Shown: piece after piece, positions 19,138-28,944 of the stretch
How the letters are laid out: every line of letters starts with the position of its first letter
Position numbering within the stretch: position 1 is the first letter of the stretch
From: an uncultured Gemmatimonadales bacterium
GTDB taxonomy: Bacteria > Gemmatimonadota > Gemmatimonadetes > Gemmatimonadales > GWC2-71-9
Direction of reading: 5' to 3'
Length of the DNA: 64,000 nucleotides
Assembly: GCA_963730185.1 (NCBI GenBank)
Contig: CAVSQW010000008.1
Coordinates: 544,001 to 608,000, forward strand
Notes under the pieces: model-generated
Seen by the model: only the letters and a program-made list of their open reading frames with translations
Database searches by the model: none
What the model was told of the DNA's origin: nothing
Position numbers and translations under genes: made by a program

Positions 19138-20150
19138 TGGGCTGGTTCGGCCGCCGGAGTCTCCTGCATGCTGCTCAGACTCACCGGCGTCCGGGCGAGC
19201 GACCAGAGGCCGAGCAGGGTGATGGGCAGGAAGGTGGTGAAGTGGTAGGTGAGCGCGAACGACACGGCCGCACCACCGGCCACGCCGAAGAGCGCCAGCA
19301 CCGCCCGGATCGCGGCCTCGAACGGGCCGAAGAAGCCGGGACTCGAGGGGACCGCGATGCCCAGCACCAGGAGGCTCTGCTGGAGGAGCGCGCCGCCGTA
19401 GCCGACCCCGATCCCGAAGGCCTTGAAGCCATAGTAGAACGAGGCGCCGTTCACGCCCCAGACCACGAACGACCAGAGGATGACTCCGATGATCCGGGTG
19501 GGCGACGACAGCGCGCTGAGTCCGCCCCGGACCCCGTCGATGAAGCCCGCCACCTTGTCGGCCAGGCGGGCCGAGGGGATCAGGCGGCGGAGCACCCGCT
19601 GGGCCAGCTCGGGGAAGGCCAGGGCCGCGAGGCACAGTGCCAGCAGCACGCCCAGCAGCAGGGCCGTCCGGGTGGCCAGGGTCCGGACCGAGAGGCCCGC
19701 CACCTCGGCGGACGCCGGAATGCCGGCGGTCACGAGGCCGACGAAGAGCAGGGTGACGATGGTGATCCCATCGAACAGCCGTTCCAGGACCAGCGACGAC
19801 AGGGCCGACGAGAGCTTGACCCGGGTGAGCCGGTTCACAGTCAGGGCCCGGATCACCTCGCCCGCCCGGAAGGGCAGGATGTTGTTGGCGGTGAACCCGA
19901 TCGCGATGGCGTGCCAGAGCGGGGTCCATCCCAGGGCGCTGCCGTCGTCCGCCCGGAGGATGAGCCGCCAGCGGAACAGGCGGAGCACAAAGGTGGAGGT
20001 CGCGAGGACGATGGCGATCAGGAGCGGCGCCAGCCGGGCCTCGCGGGCGTTGGCCCAGACCTCCGCGAACGACACGTCGCGGAGCACCCAGGCCAGCAGG
20101 GCGACCGTGACACCGACGCCGAGAACGGCGGCGAGCGCTCTATTCCGCAA
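19134..20150 (-). CDS. Lysylphosphatidylglycerol synthase TM / YbhN flippase-like membrane protein
   Basis: R.FRW..IL, NNILPFRAGEVIR, LERLFD, PSSPGFFGPFEA; multi-pass. Confidence 0.88.
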   Translation of the reverse strand: MRNRALAAVLGVGVTVALLAWVLRDVSFAEVWANAREARLAPLLIAIVLATSTFVLRLFRWRLILRADDGSALGWTPLWHAIAIGFTANNILPFRAGEVIRALTVNRLTRVKLSSALSSLVLERLFDGITIVTLLFVGLVTAGIPASAEVAGLSVRTLATRTALLLGVLLALCLAALAFPELAQRVLRRLIPSARLADKVAGFIDGVRGGLSALSSPTRIIGVILWSFVVWGVNGASFYYGFKAFGIGVGYGGALLQQSLLVLGIAVPSSPGFFGPFEAAIRAVLALFGVAGGAAVSFALTYHFTTFLPITLLGLWSLARTPVSLSSMQETPAAEPAQ

Positions 20151-21903
20151 GGGCGAGAGGCACCAGGTCGATCAGCTCGCTCACCAGCGGCTCGACGTCG
20201 GAGAAGGCCTGGTGGCGGGCCAGGGCGTGGCTCAGCTCTCGCCGGACCACGTCGGCCCGTTCGAGTGCCCGGCGGCCCTGGTAGAGGAGCGACTCGATCG
20301 GCACGACGTCGAGCTCGAGCACCGGGGGGGCAGCAGCGAGTGGTGGCGGCGCGACTTCCGGGGAGACCGGGGCGGGCTCGGGCGGTGATGGGGCTGGCGG
20401 CGCCGGCTCGTGCTCGAGTCGGTACCAGGTGGAAAAGCTCTCCTCGAACGGCGTCATCGGTTCGGCTTCGGCCGGGGCCAGGCTTTCGATCGGGACCACG
20501 TCCGCCTCGTCGGCCGCCTGGACCGGCTCTGGCGCGGCGGGCTCGAAGTCGAGCGCCCCGATCTCCACCGTCTCGACCTCCAGCTCGGCGATCTCGACCA
20601 GCTCGGCTTCCGGCATCAGGTCGGCCGGCTCGGGCTCGGGCAGCACGACCGGTGCGGGCACGGCCCCGCCCGGCATGCCCTCGAGGGCGGCGACCACGTC
20701 GGCGAGGTCGTCGGTGAGGAACACGGCATTCCGGCTCTCCGACGCGCGCCCGAGGTGCTCGGCGGCGCCGCGCAGGTGACCGGCGAAGGCGGCGGCGGCG
20801 TCGCTCGCGGCGCCCCGGCGAATCGCCCCGGTGACGGCGTCGACCAAGGGCGTGAGGTAGGGCCGCTCCCGGCGGGTTTCCTGGGCGAGGGGGCGAAGCT
20901 GGACCGCCAGGCTGTACAGGTGCAGGTCGCGGGCGGCGGGGAGGTCCGTGGATCCCAACTGATCGGCCGCCTGCCGGAGCCGGTCGGCGAAGCCGACCAG
21001 CTCGATCGTGGGATCGGGGCCGGCTTCGGGGGCGGCGGACTCACCCCGCTGGACGATCGGGCTCAGGTCACCCTCGGCGAAGAGGGTCTCGATGTCGACG
21101 ACGTCGGCATCGCTCGCGAAGGTGTGGAGCAGGGCGGTGGCCGCACCGGCGATCTCGGGGGCCCCGACGTCGGCCTCGCCGCGCTCCGCGATCTCCCGGG
21201 CCAGGCGCGAGACCGCGGCGGCCGCGGCGCGGAGCCCGGTCGACGACCCCGGCGGCATCGCCTCGTCGCGGAGGGAACGGATGGTCAGCTCGATCGCGTC
21301 GAGCAGCTCGGGCAGGGGGCTCAAGGCCGGCAGGGTAGCCAGGCCGCGGAGCGGCTGGAGCCGGTGCAGGACGAGGTCGGCCCGCTCGTCGACCGGCCCG
21401 AGCTCGGCGGCCTGGGCCGCGTGCTCGAGGCTGCCCGCGACCAGGGCTCCCTCCCGGGCCACGAAGGCCCGGACGCTGGCCGGGAGCTCGTCCGTGGTCT
21501 CGGCCGGCTCGGGGCGAGCCGGCGCCGGATGGTCGGTGCCCAGGGTGGCCACCAGGCCCCGGCCCAGGGCCAGGGCGGCGCCGGTGTCGGCGTCGTTCCA
21601 GGTCCCGGCCTGCCGGGTGAGCCGCTTCAGCTCCTCGACGGCGTCGGCCGCGATCTCTCGGTGGCCCGCGTCCCACGGCCATTGGCCCTCCCGGAGGGCT
21701 TTGGCGACCTGCTCCAGCCCGGCGGCGGCTTGCGAGAACGGGTGGAGACCCGCCATGAGCGCGGCCCCGCGGAGAGCCCGGGACAGCCGGACCATCTCGT
21801 CCGCGTTCGGGCGGGTCTCACGGCCGGCGATCAGCGCGAGGCGCTCGAGGTAGTCACCCGCCTCGAGCGCGAAGAACTGGAGTCGTCCGGTCGGCGTATT
21901 CAT
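20140..21903 (-). CDS. Helical protein with N-terminal Hpt-like domain(s) lacking the phospho-His
   Basis: LQFFALEAGDYLERL...VRLSRALRGAALMAG....AAGLE aligns with CheA P1 (F..EA...L...FR.AHTLKG.A...G) with Arg at the His site; acidic Pro-rich C-terminus with repeated VV(P/D)IE(S/T)L motifs. Confidence 0.7.
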   Translation of the reverse strand: MNTPTGRLQFFALEAGDYLERLALIAGRETRPNADEMVRLSRALRGAALMAGLHPFSQAAAGLEQVAKALREGQWPWDAGHREIAADAVEELKRLTRQAGTWNDADTGAALALGRGLVATLGTDHPAPARPEPAETTDELPASVRAFVAREGALVAGSLEHAAQAAELGPVDERADLVLHRLQPLRGLATLPALSPLPELLDAIELTIRSLRDEAMPPGSSTGLRAAAAAVSRLAREIAERGEADVGAPEIAGAATALLHTFASDADVVDIETLFAEGDLSPIVQRGESAAPEAGPDPTIELVGFADRLRQAADQLGSTDLPAARDLHLYSLAVQLRPLAQETRRERPYLTPLVDAVTGAIRRGAASDAAAAFAGHLRGAAEHLGRASESRNAVFLTDDLADVVAALEGMPGGAVPAPVVLPEPEPADLMPEAELVEIAELEVETVEIGALDFEPAAPEPVQAADEADVVPIESLAPAEAEPMTPFEESFSTWYRLEHEPAPPAPSPPEPAPVSPEVAPPPLAAAPPVLELDVVPIESLLYQGRRALERADVVRRELSHALARHQAFSDVEPLVSELIDLVPLALAE

Positions 21904-21955
21904 GCGAGTCCGGGTGGCGAGCAGGTGGAAGTGTAGGGCGGCGGTCGGGCTTCGG

Positions 21956-22684
<729 letters not shown>

Positions 22685-22748
22685 TGCTCCCGACTCCTCA
22701 AGCGGTTTAGTTTCGCCCTCTCCGAGGTGCCCTCGAGGAGGCTCTCCC

Positions 22749-23213
22749 GTGCGATCATTGCTGGCAGTCGGCGTCGTGGCGCTCGTCGCCTGCTCGTCGA
22801 ATCCGAAGCCGGAAAGTCTGGCGCCCTCGGCGGGCCCGGCGGCGGTCGCGGCCGCCTTCATGCAGGCCGTGTCCGACAGTAATCTGACCCAGATGGGCAG
22901 CCTGTGGGGCACCGACCGAGGACCGGCGGCCACCACCAACACGCCGTCGAACTGGGGACAGCGGATCGCGGTGATCCAGGCCTATCTGAAGGGCGGCACC
23001 TCGCGGGTCCTCGGCTTGGGCGACCCCGCGCTCTCGAAGCAGGGTCGGCGTCAAGTGCTGGTGGAGCTCAACCGCGGGGGCTGCACCAAGACGGTGCCCT
23101 TTACCATGGTGCAGACCAAGGACGGCGCCTGGCTGGTCAACGTGATCGACCTCAACGCGGCCGGCGTCCCCGGCCGCCCTTGCGGCTCGACCTCGCAGCC
23201 TCCGGGAACTTGA
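22749..23213 (+). CDS. Hypothetical lipoprotein (NTF2-like/DUF4878-like)
   Basis: GAGGAGG SD before GTG at 22749; lipobox LVAC; P..V...FM.AV....L..M..LWG, ending GAWLV..IDL. Confidence 0.7.
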   Translation: MRSLLAVGVVALVACSSNPKPESLAPSAGPAAVAAAFMQAVSDSNLTQMGSLWGTDRGPAATTNTPSNWGQRIAVIQAYLKGGTSRVLGLGDPALSKQGRRQVLVELNRGGCTKTVPFTMVQTKDGAWLVNVIDLNAAGVPGRPCGSTSQPPGT

Positions 23214-23229
23214 AGGGGCCATTCCGGCT

Positions 23230-23628
23230 TCATTCGGACAGCTCGACCAAGATGCCGGAGGTCGATTTGGGATGCAGAAAGGCGATCCGGTGCCCGCCGG
23301 CCCCTACTCGCGGAGTCCGGTCGACCAGTTGGTAGCCGGCACGTTCGGCGGCCGCGAGGGCGGCGTCGAGATCGGCGACTCGGTAGCAGACGTGGTGGAT
23401 GCCGGGCCCGCGCTTGGCGAGGAACTTGGCGATCGGGCTCTCGGGGCTGACCGGTTCCAGGAGCTCCACCTCGGACTCGCCGAACGGCAGGGACACGATC
23501 CGGGCGCCGTCTTTGATCTCCGGCCCGTGATGGGGCTCGAGACCGAGAACCTCGCGATAGAAGCTGGTCGCGGCGGCGAGGTCGGTGACGGCAAGACCGA
23601 TGTGAGCGATACGCGGTGCGTCGGACAA
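23230..23628 (-). CDS. mce: Methylmalonyl-CoA epimerase (VOC family)
   Basis: IAHIGLAV.DL, VELLEP...SPIAKFL.KRGPGIHHVC, GAGG.RIAFLHPKST.GILVEL. Confidence 0.92.
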   Translation of the reverse strand: MSDAPRIAHIGLAVTDLAAATSFYREVLGLEPHHGPEIKDGARIVSLPFGESEVELLEPVSPESPIAKFLAKRGPGIHHVCYRVADLDAALAAAERAGYQLVDRTPRVGAGGHRIAFLHPKSTSGILVELSE

Positions 23629-23702
23629 GACAAGCGCCTCCGGGCCGAACGGATCGAGTGCCGGGGCGGAAACTTACACGGAAGTGAGAGAGGATGTCGT
23701 TG

Positions 23703-24041
23703 ATGAGCGCGAACGGAATCACCCACGTCACGGACGAGACCTTCGCGGCGGACGTGGAACAGAGTCAAGGCGTGGTGATCGTGGACTTCTGGGCCGAGTG
23801 GTGCGGGCCCTGTCGAGCGATCGCTCCGATTCTCGAAGAGCTGGCCGCTTCGTACGGCGGCAAGGCGCGGGTCGCCAAGCTCGACGTGGACGCCAACCAG
23901 CGCACCTCGATGCGCTTCAACGTGCGGTCGATCCCGACCCTGATGATCTTCAAGGACGGGAAGCACGTCGACACCGTCGTCGGCCTGATGCCCAAGGCGG
24001 CGCTCCAGCAGCGGATCGACAAGCATCTCGCCGCGGCCTGA
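23703..24041 (+). CDS. trxA: Thioredoxin
   Basis: VDFWAEWCGPC, KLDVD.N, VRSIPTL; SD spacing favours ATG at 23703. Confidence 0.97.
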   Translation: MSANGITHVTDETFAADVEQSQGVVIVDFWAEWCGPCRAIAPILEELAASYGGKARVAKLDVDANQRTSMRFNVRSIPTLMIFKDGKHVDTVVGLMPKAALQQRIDKHLAAA

Positions 24042-24190
24042 GCCGCCGGGCGGCCCTCACCTCACCCGAGCCCGGCCCCGCTCCGAGCGGCGCCCCAGGG
24101 CTCGGGTGAGGTGTTTCCGGGACCCGGCCATGCCCAACGGCGGGTCGCCGCTCTACCTTTCGACCTCACCCCGACCGAGCTGCTCGCCGC

Positions 24191-25024
24191 TTGTCCGGAA
24201 TTCTCTACGTCCTCGCCACCCCGATCGGCAACCTGGGCGACCTGTCGCCCCGGGCGGCCGAGGTGCTTCGGACGGTCGCGCTCGTGGCGGCCGAGGACAC
24301 CCGGGAGACCGGCAAGCTGGTCCATCACGTGGGGTCGTCCGCCCGGCTGATCAGCGTCCATGCCCACAGCCCCCGCCGCCGTCTCGACGAAGTGGTCGGC
24401 CGGCTCGAAGCGGGCGACGACGTGGCCCTGGCCACCGACGCCGGCACCCCCGGGGTGAGCGACCCCGGGCCGGCACTGGTCCGGCTGGCCCGGGAGGCCG
24501 GCGTCCGGGTGGTACCGATTCCCGGGGCGTCCGCGGTTCACACCGCGCTCTCCGCCTCGGGCTTCGAGGCCGATCGCTACGCCTTCTTCGGGTTTCCGCC
24601 CCGGAGCGGGTCGGCCCGGACGGCGTGGCTGGAGGGGGTGGCGGAGTCACCCGTCACGGTGGTCTGTTTCGAGGCGCCCGGCCGGGTGGCGGCTCTCCTG
24701 GCCGACCTCGCCGGCGGGACCGGCGCGGAGCGGCGGGCGGTGGTGGGCCGCGAGCTGACCAAGAAGTTCGAGGAGATCGTGGCCGGGACGGTGGCCGAGC
24801 TGGCGGAGCGGGTGGCCGCTGGGGAAGGGCGGGGCGAGTTCACCGTGGTGGTCGAAGGGGCCCCGCCCGCTCCGGCGGCGGGTGACGACGCGCTGGCCGA
24901 GCGGCTGGCCCGGGCCCTGCGGCAGGCCGACGTGGGGGGAAGCGCCGCCGCCCGGGTCATCTCGGAGGTGACGGGGCTCTCCCGGAACCAGAGCTATCGG
25001 CTGGCGATGGAGGACCGGTCATGA
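24191..25024 (+). CDS. rsmI: 16S rRNA (cytidine1402-2'-O)-methyltransferase
   Basis: LYVLATPIGNLGDLSPRA, AAEDTR, DAGTPGVSDPG, PIPGASA, RELTKKFEE. Confidence 0.95.
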   Translation: MSGILYVLATPIGNLGDLSPRAAEVLRTVALVAAEDTRETGKLVHHVGSSARLISVHAHSPRRRLDEVVGRLEAGDDVALATDAGTPGVSDPGPALVRLAREAGVRVVPIPGASAVHTALSASGFEADRYAFFGFPPRSGSARTAWLEGVAESPVTVVCFEAPGRVAALLADLAGGTGAERRAVVGRELTKKFEEIVAGTVAELAERVAAGEGRGEFTVVVEGAPPAPAAGDDALAERLARALRQADVGGSAAARVISEVTGLSRNQSYRLAMEDRS

Positions 25025-25677
25025 CCCGACTCATGGTGCTCGCTCTGCTGGTGGGGGCCGCGACCACGGGTCGCGCGCAGGAGGAGATGACCGTGGGCCG
25101 GCTCCATTACGACGGCGGCGGCGACTGGTACGCCAACCCGTCGAGTCTCCCCAACCTGCTGGCCGCGATCGGGAAGCGGACCGGGCTCGGGGTCGGGTCG
25201 CGTGAGAAGGTGGTGCGGCTCGACGACGGCACCATCTGGGAGGTGCCCTACGTCCACATGACGGGGCACGGCAACGTGAGCTGGAGCGAGCGCGACCTCG
25301 AGACGCTGCGGGCCTGGCTGGCCCAGGGCGGATTTCTCCATATCGACGACAACTACGGCATGGACGAGTCGATCCGGAAGCAGATCGCCCATCTCTTTCC
25401 GGACCTCCCCTTGGTGGAGGTGCCGCTCGACCATCCGATCTACCACGTGGTGTACGACTTTCCCAAGGGCGTACCCAAGATCCACGAGCACGACGGCAAG
25501 CCGGCGCAGGGCTTCGGCATCTTTCTGGGCGGCCGCCTCGTCCTGTATTACACCTATCAGTGCGATCTCGGCGACGGGTGGGAGGACCCCGACGTCCACA
25601 AGGACCCGCCCGAGAAGCACGAGGCCGCCCTCCGGATGGGCGTGAACCTGTTTACCTACGCCGTGGGATCCCGTTAG
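25021..25677 (+). CDS. Exported DUF4159 domain protein
   Basis: Signal peptide (..GRAQ), YDGGGDWYANPSSLPNL, HMTGHGN, GGFLHIDDNYG, HPIYH, PKIHEHDGK, DLGDGWED, ALRMGVN. Confidence 0.9.
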   Translation: MTRLMVLALLVGAATTGRAQEEMTVGRLHYDGGGDWYANPSSLPNLLAAIGKRTGLGVGSREKVVRLDDGTIWEVPYVHMTGHGNVSWSERDLETLRAWLAQGGFLHIDDNYGMDESIRKQIAHLFPDLPLVEVPLDHPIYHVVYDFPKGVPKIHEHDGKPAQGFGIFLGGRLVLYYTYQCDLGDGWEDPDVHKDPPEKHEAALRMGVNLFTYAVGSR

Positions 25678-25683
25678 GCAGCC

Positions 25684-28600
25684 ATGTCGCCCCGCGCCAC
25701 CCCGCTCGCCCTGACCCGCCTGGGAGCTCCGCTCCGACGCCTCGCGTTGGGCGGGGTATCCTTGGGCGCGCTCGGGGCCGCCCTGGTGGCGCTCGCGATC
25801 CCGGCCTGGCTGGTCCGGCTGGGCCTGATCCGCTCGCCGGTCTGGGTGCCGCTGGCGTGGGTGGCGCTGATCGGAGTGCTGGTCCTGGCGGTTCTGGTGG
25901 CGCTCCGGGCCCGGCGCGGTCTCGGCGACGCTCCGTTGGCCCGGGCCGTGGAGCGGGGAACCGGCTGGCGGCTCGGGTCGGTCACCTCGGTGCTCGAGGG
26001 CGCCTCGGCCGGGACCAGCGATGCCCTCTTCGCGGCCGCCGACGACGCCTGTGCCGCCCGGCTCGAGGCCGGCGGTCGCGAGGCGCTGGCACCGGTGCGT
26101 CGCCGGCTCGTCCGGGGCTCGAAGACCGGAGCCGGCATCCTGGGGGCGGGCCTGCTCCTTTTTCTCGGCGCCGGACCCCTCCGCCACCCGGCCGCGGCGC
26201 TCTGGGCCCCGGCCCGTGCCTGGGCCATGCTGATGGCCCCGGTCCAGATCGCGGTGGACCGGGCCAGCGTGGACCGGGGCGAGACGGTCGCCCTGAGCCT
26301 CCGGGCCGCCGGCCGGCCCGACGCCGAGCTCTGGCTCCGGGGCAAGGGCGAGGCCTGGCGGTCGTTAGGCGTCCCCCTCGACTCCGCCGGCCGGGCGGTC
26401 CGGCGGATCGGCCCGCTCGAGGGCGACCTCTACGCCTTCGTCCGGGCCGGCGGGCGGACGTCCGATACCTTGCTGGTGCGGGTCCGGCTGCCGGCCTTCC
26501 TGGGCCGGATCTCCCTGACCGCTCACTATCCCCGCTACCTCTCGCTCGACGACGAGCCGCTGCCCGCCACCGGCGACACCCTGCTGCTGCCGGCCGGCAC
26601 CCGGATCGAGGCCGCCGGCGAGGCCACCATGGACCTCTCGGTGGCCCGGTGGGCCTTCGGCGGCGCCACGGCGGACCTGGCCGTGTCGGGACGGGAGTTT
26701 CGGGGGACGTTCCTGCCCCGTCAGTCCGGGTTGGCCACGCTCGAGCTGCGGACCGGGGACGGGGCGGCGCTGGAGGGCGACCCGGTCGCCCTCCCGATCG
26801 TGGTCGTTCCGGATCGACCGCCGGTGGTGGCGCTTCCGGTCCCCGAGCCCGACACCATGGCCGTCCTCGGCTCCGAGGTCTCCGTCGTGGTCGACGCCAG
26901 CGACGATCACGGGCTGAGCGCGGTGGCGCTCCAGGCCACCAAGGGGACCGGTCAGGGTCCCGTGGTGAGCGGGCCCCTGGCCCTGCCGCCCGGCACCACC
27001 GATCGGGCGCTGCTCTCGGCCCGGTTCGACTTGAAGCCGTTTTCGCTCCAGCCGGGTGACACCCTGAGTCTCTGGGTGGTGGCCCGCGACAACGCGCCCA
27101 CGCCCCAGGTCGGCCGGTCGCGGACCATCGTGCTGGTGGTGCCGACCGCCGCCGAGGCGCGGGTGGAACAGCGGTCGGCGACCGCCGACATCGCCCAGCA
27201 GCTCGACTCTCTGGTCGACCAAGCCAAGTCCCTCCAGCAGTCCACCGAAGACCTGAGCCAGGAGCGCCGCCGGGCCAACCCGCGTGGTGAGCAGGCCCAG
27301 TCGTCTCTCGACTTCGACGAGGCCCGCAAGGCCGAGGCCGTGGCCAAGCAGCAACAGGAGCTCGTCGATCAGGCCGACGAGGTCCAGAAGCGGCTCGACG
27401 AGCTCAAACGGTCGGCCGAGCGGGGCGGGACGGCCGACTCCGCCTTCATGCGCCAACTCGACGAGATCCGCGACGAGCTCAACCGGGCGCTGAGTCAGGA
27501 GCTCAAGCAGAAGCTCGACGCGTTGCGGGACGCCCTCAAGAAGCTCGACCCGCAGGCGACCCAGAACGCGCTCAAGGATCTGGCCGACGCCCAGCGGAAG
27601 CTCAAGGAAGCCCTGGAACGGTCGCGCGAGCTGTTCAAACGGGCCGCGGTCGAGGGCGAGCTCTCCAGTCTGGAGCAGGAGACCAAGCAGGTCCTCGACC
27701 AGCAAAAGCAGTGGAACGAGCAGGTGGCCAAGACCGACAGCGCCAAGTCGGGGGCCGAGGAGCAGCGCCTGGCGGAGCGGACCGACTCGGTCGCCAAGGG
27801 GTTGGACGCGGCGGCCAAGCAGATGGAAGGCGCCGAGCGCCAGGAGGCCCTCCAGCAGACGGCGGAGCAGGTCCGGAAGGCCTCGCGGGCCATGAAGAGC
27901 GCCTCGCAGTCGGCCCAATCGGGCCAGCGAAGCCAGGCCAAGCAGCAGGGCCAGCAGGCGGCCGAGCAGCTGTCGCAGGCCGGCAACCAGGTCAAGAAGC
28001 AGCGGGAAGGGCAGCAGCAGCAGTGGAAGAAGGAGGTGCTTGACGCCCTGGACCGGGCCCTGGCCGAGACGGCCCGCCTGAGCGAGCGACAGCTCGACGT
28101 GAGCGGCTCGATCGGCCGCGGGAGCGTGGTGGCGGCCTCGCGGGCCGAGCAGGCGGTGATCGAGGAGGGAGTCCAGAAGCTGATCGCCCAGATCGGCGCG
28201 GTGAGCGGGAAGAACGCCCTGATCTCGCCCCAGATCGGCGCGGCTCTGGCGCAGGCCAAGCTGCAGATGGGCCAGGCTCGGGAGGCGATCTCGTCGGCTT
28301 CGGCCAACCTGCGCGAAGCGGCCGACCAGGCGGGCGAGGCGGTCGATGCGCTGAACGTGGCCGCCTACCTGATGCTCCGGTCGCGAAACGACGTCTCGAG
28401 CGCCAGCTCCGCCTCAGGGATGGCCGAAGCGATCGAGCGGATGCAGCAGCTGGCCGGCCAGCAGGGGAATCTGAGCCAGCAGGGGAGCGACCTGCTGTCG
28501 ATGCTGGCGGGTCAGCAGATGCAGCAGCAGATGCAGCTCCTGGCCCAGAAACAGCAGCAGCTGGCGCAGGAGCTCGAGCGGCTGCGCGCCCAGGCGGAGA

Positions 28601-28944
28601 TGCCGGGTGCCAAGGCGATGGCCGACGAGGCCCGCGAGCTGGCCCGACGGCTGGAGGCCGGCCGCCTGGACCGGGAGACCGTGGCCCGTCAGGAACGGCT
28701 CTTCAAGCGGATGCTCGACGCCGGCCGAACCCTGCAGGGCGAGGAGAAGGACGAGAAGAAGGAGCGGCAATCGGAGACGGCCAAGAGCGATTCGGTGAGC
28801 ATCCCGCCGGCGCTCCGGCGCCTGCTCGACAGCGACGGCCGGATCCGCTTCCCGACCTGGGACGAGCTCCAGCGTCTGAGTCCGGAGGAACGGCGGCTGG
28901 TGACCGACTACTTCCGGCGGCTGACCACCCGCGAGAAGCCATGA
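25684..28944 (+). CDS. Large membrane-anchored Ig-like plus long coiled-coil protein (DUF4175-like)
   Basis: 3 N-terminal TM helices, beta-rich region (PD..P.V, A.DDHGL, L.PGD, ARDN), then about 600 aa of Q/E/K/A-rich coiled coil ending L...YF..L. Confidence 0.8.
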   Translation: MSPRATPLALTRLGAPLRRLALGGVSLGALGAALVALAIPAWLVRLGLIRSPVWVPLAWVALIGVLVLAVLVALRARRGLGDAPLARAVERGTGWRLGSVTSVLEGASAGTSDALFAAADDACAARLEAGGREALAPVRRRLVRGSKTGAGILGAGLLLFLGAGPLRHPAAALWAPARAWAMLMAPVQIAVDRASVDRGETVALSLRAAGRPDAELWLRGKGEAWRSLGVPLDSAGRAVRRIGPLEGDLYAFVRAGGRTSDTLLVRVRLPAFLGRISLTAHYPRYLSLDDEPLPATGDTLLLPAGTRIEAAGEATMDLSVARWAFGGATADLAVSGREFRGTFLPRQSGLATLELRTGDGAALEGDPVALPIVVVPDRPPVVALPVPEPDTMAVLGSEVSVVVDASDDHGLSAVALQATKGTGQGPVVSGPLALPPGTTDRALLSARFDLKPFSLQPGDTLSLWVVARDNAPTPQVGRSRTIVLVVPTAAEARVEQRSATADIAQQLDSLVDQAKSLQQSTEDLSQERRRANPRGEQAQSSLDFDEARKAEAVAKQQQELVDQADEVQKRLDELKRSAERGGTADSAFMRQLDEIRDELNRALSQELKQKLDALRDALKKLDPQATQNALKDLADAQRKLKEALERSRELFKRAAVEGELSSLEQETKQVLDQQKQWNEQVAKTDSAKSGAEEQRLAERTDSVAKGLDAAAKQMEGAERQEALQQTAEQVRKASRAMKSASQSAQSGQRSQAKQQGQQAAEQLSQAGNQVKKQREGQQQQWKKEVLDALDRALAETARLSERQLDVSGSIGRGSVVAASRAEQAVIEEGVQKLIAQIGAVSGKNALISPQIGAALAQAKLQMGQAREAISSASANLREAADQAGEAVDALNVAAYLMLRSRNDVSSASSASGMAEAIERMQQLAGQQGNLSQQGSDLLSMLAGQQMQQQMQLLAQKQQQLAQELERLRAQAEMPGAKAMADEARELARRLEAGRLDRETVARQERLFKRMLDAGRTLQGEEKDEKKERQSETAKSDSVSIPPALRRLLDSDGRIRFPTWDELQRLSPEERRLVTDYFRRLTTREKP

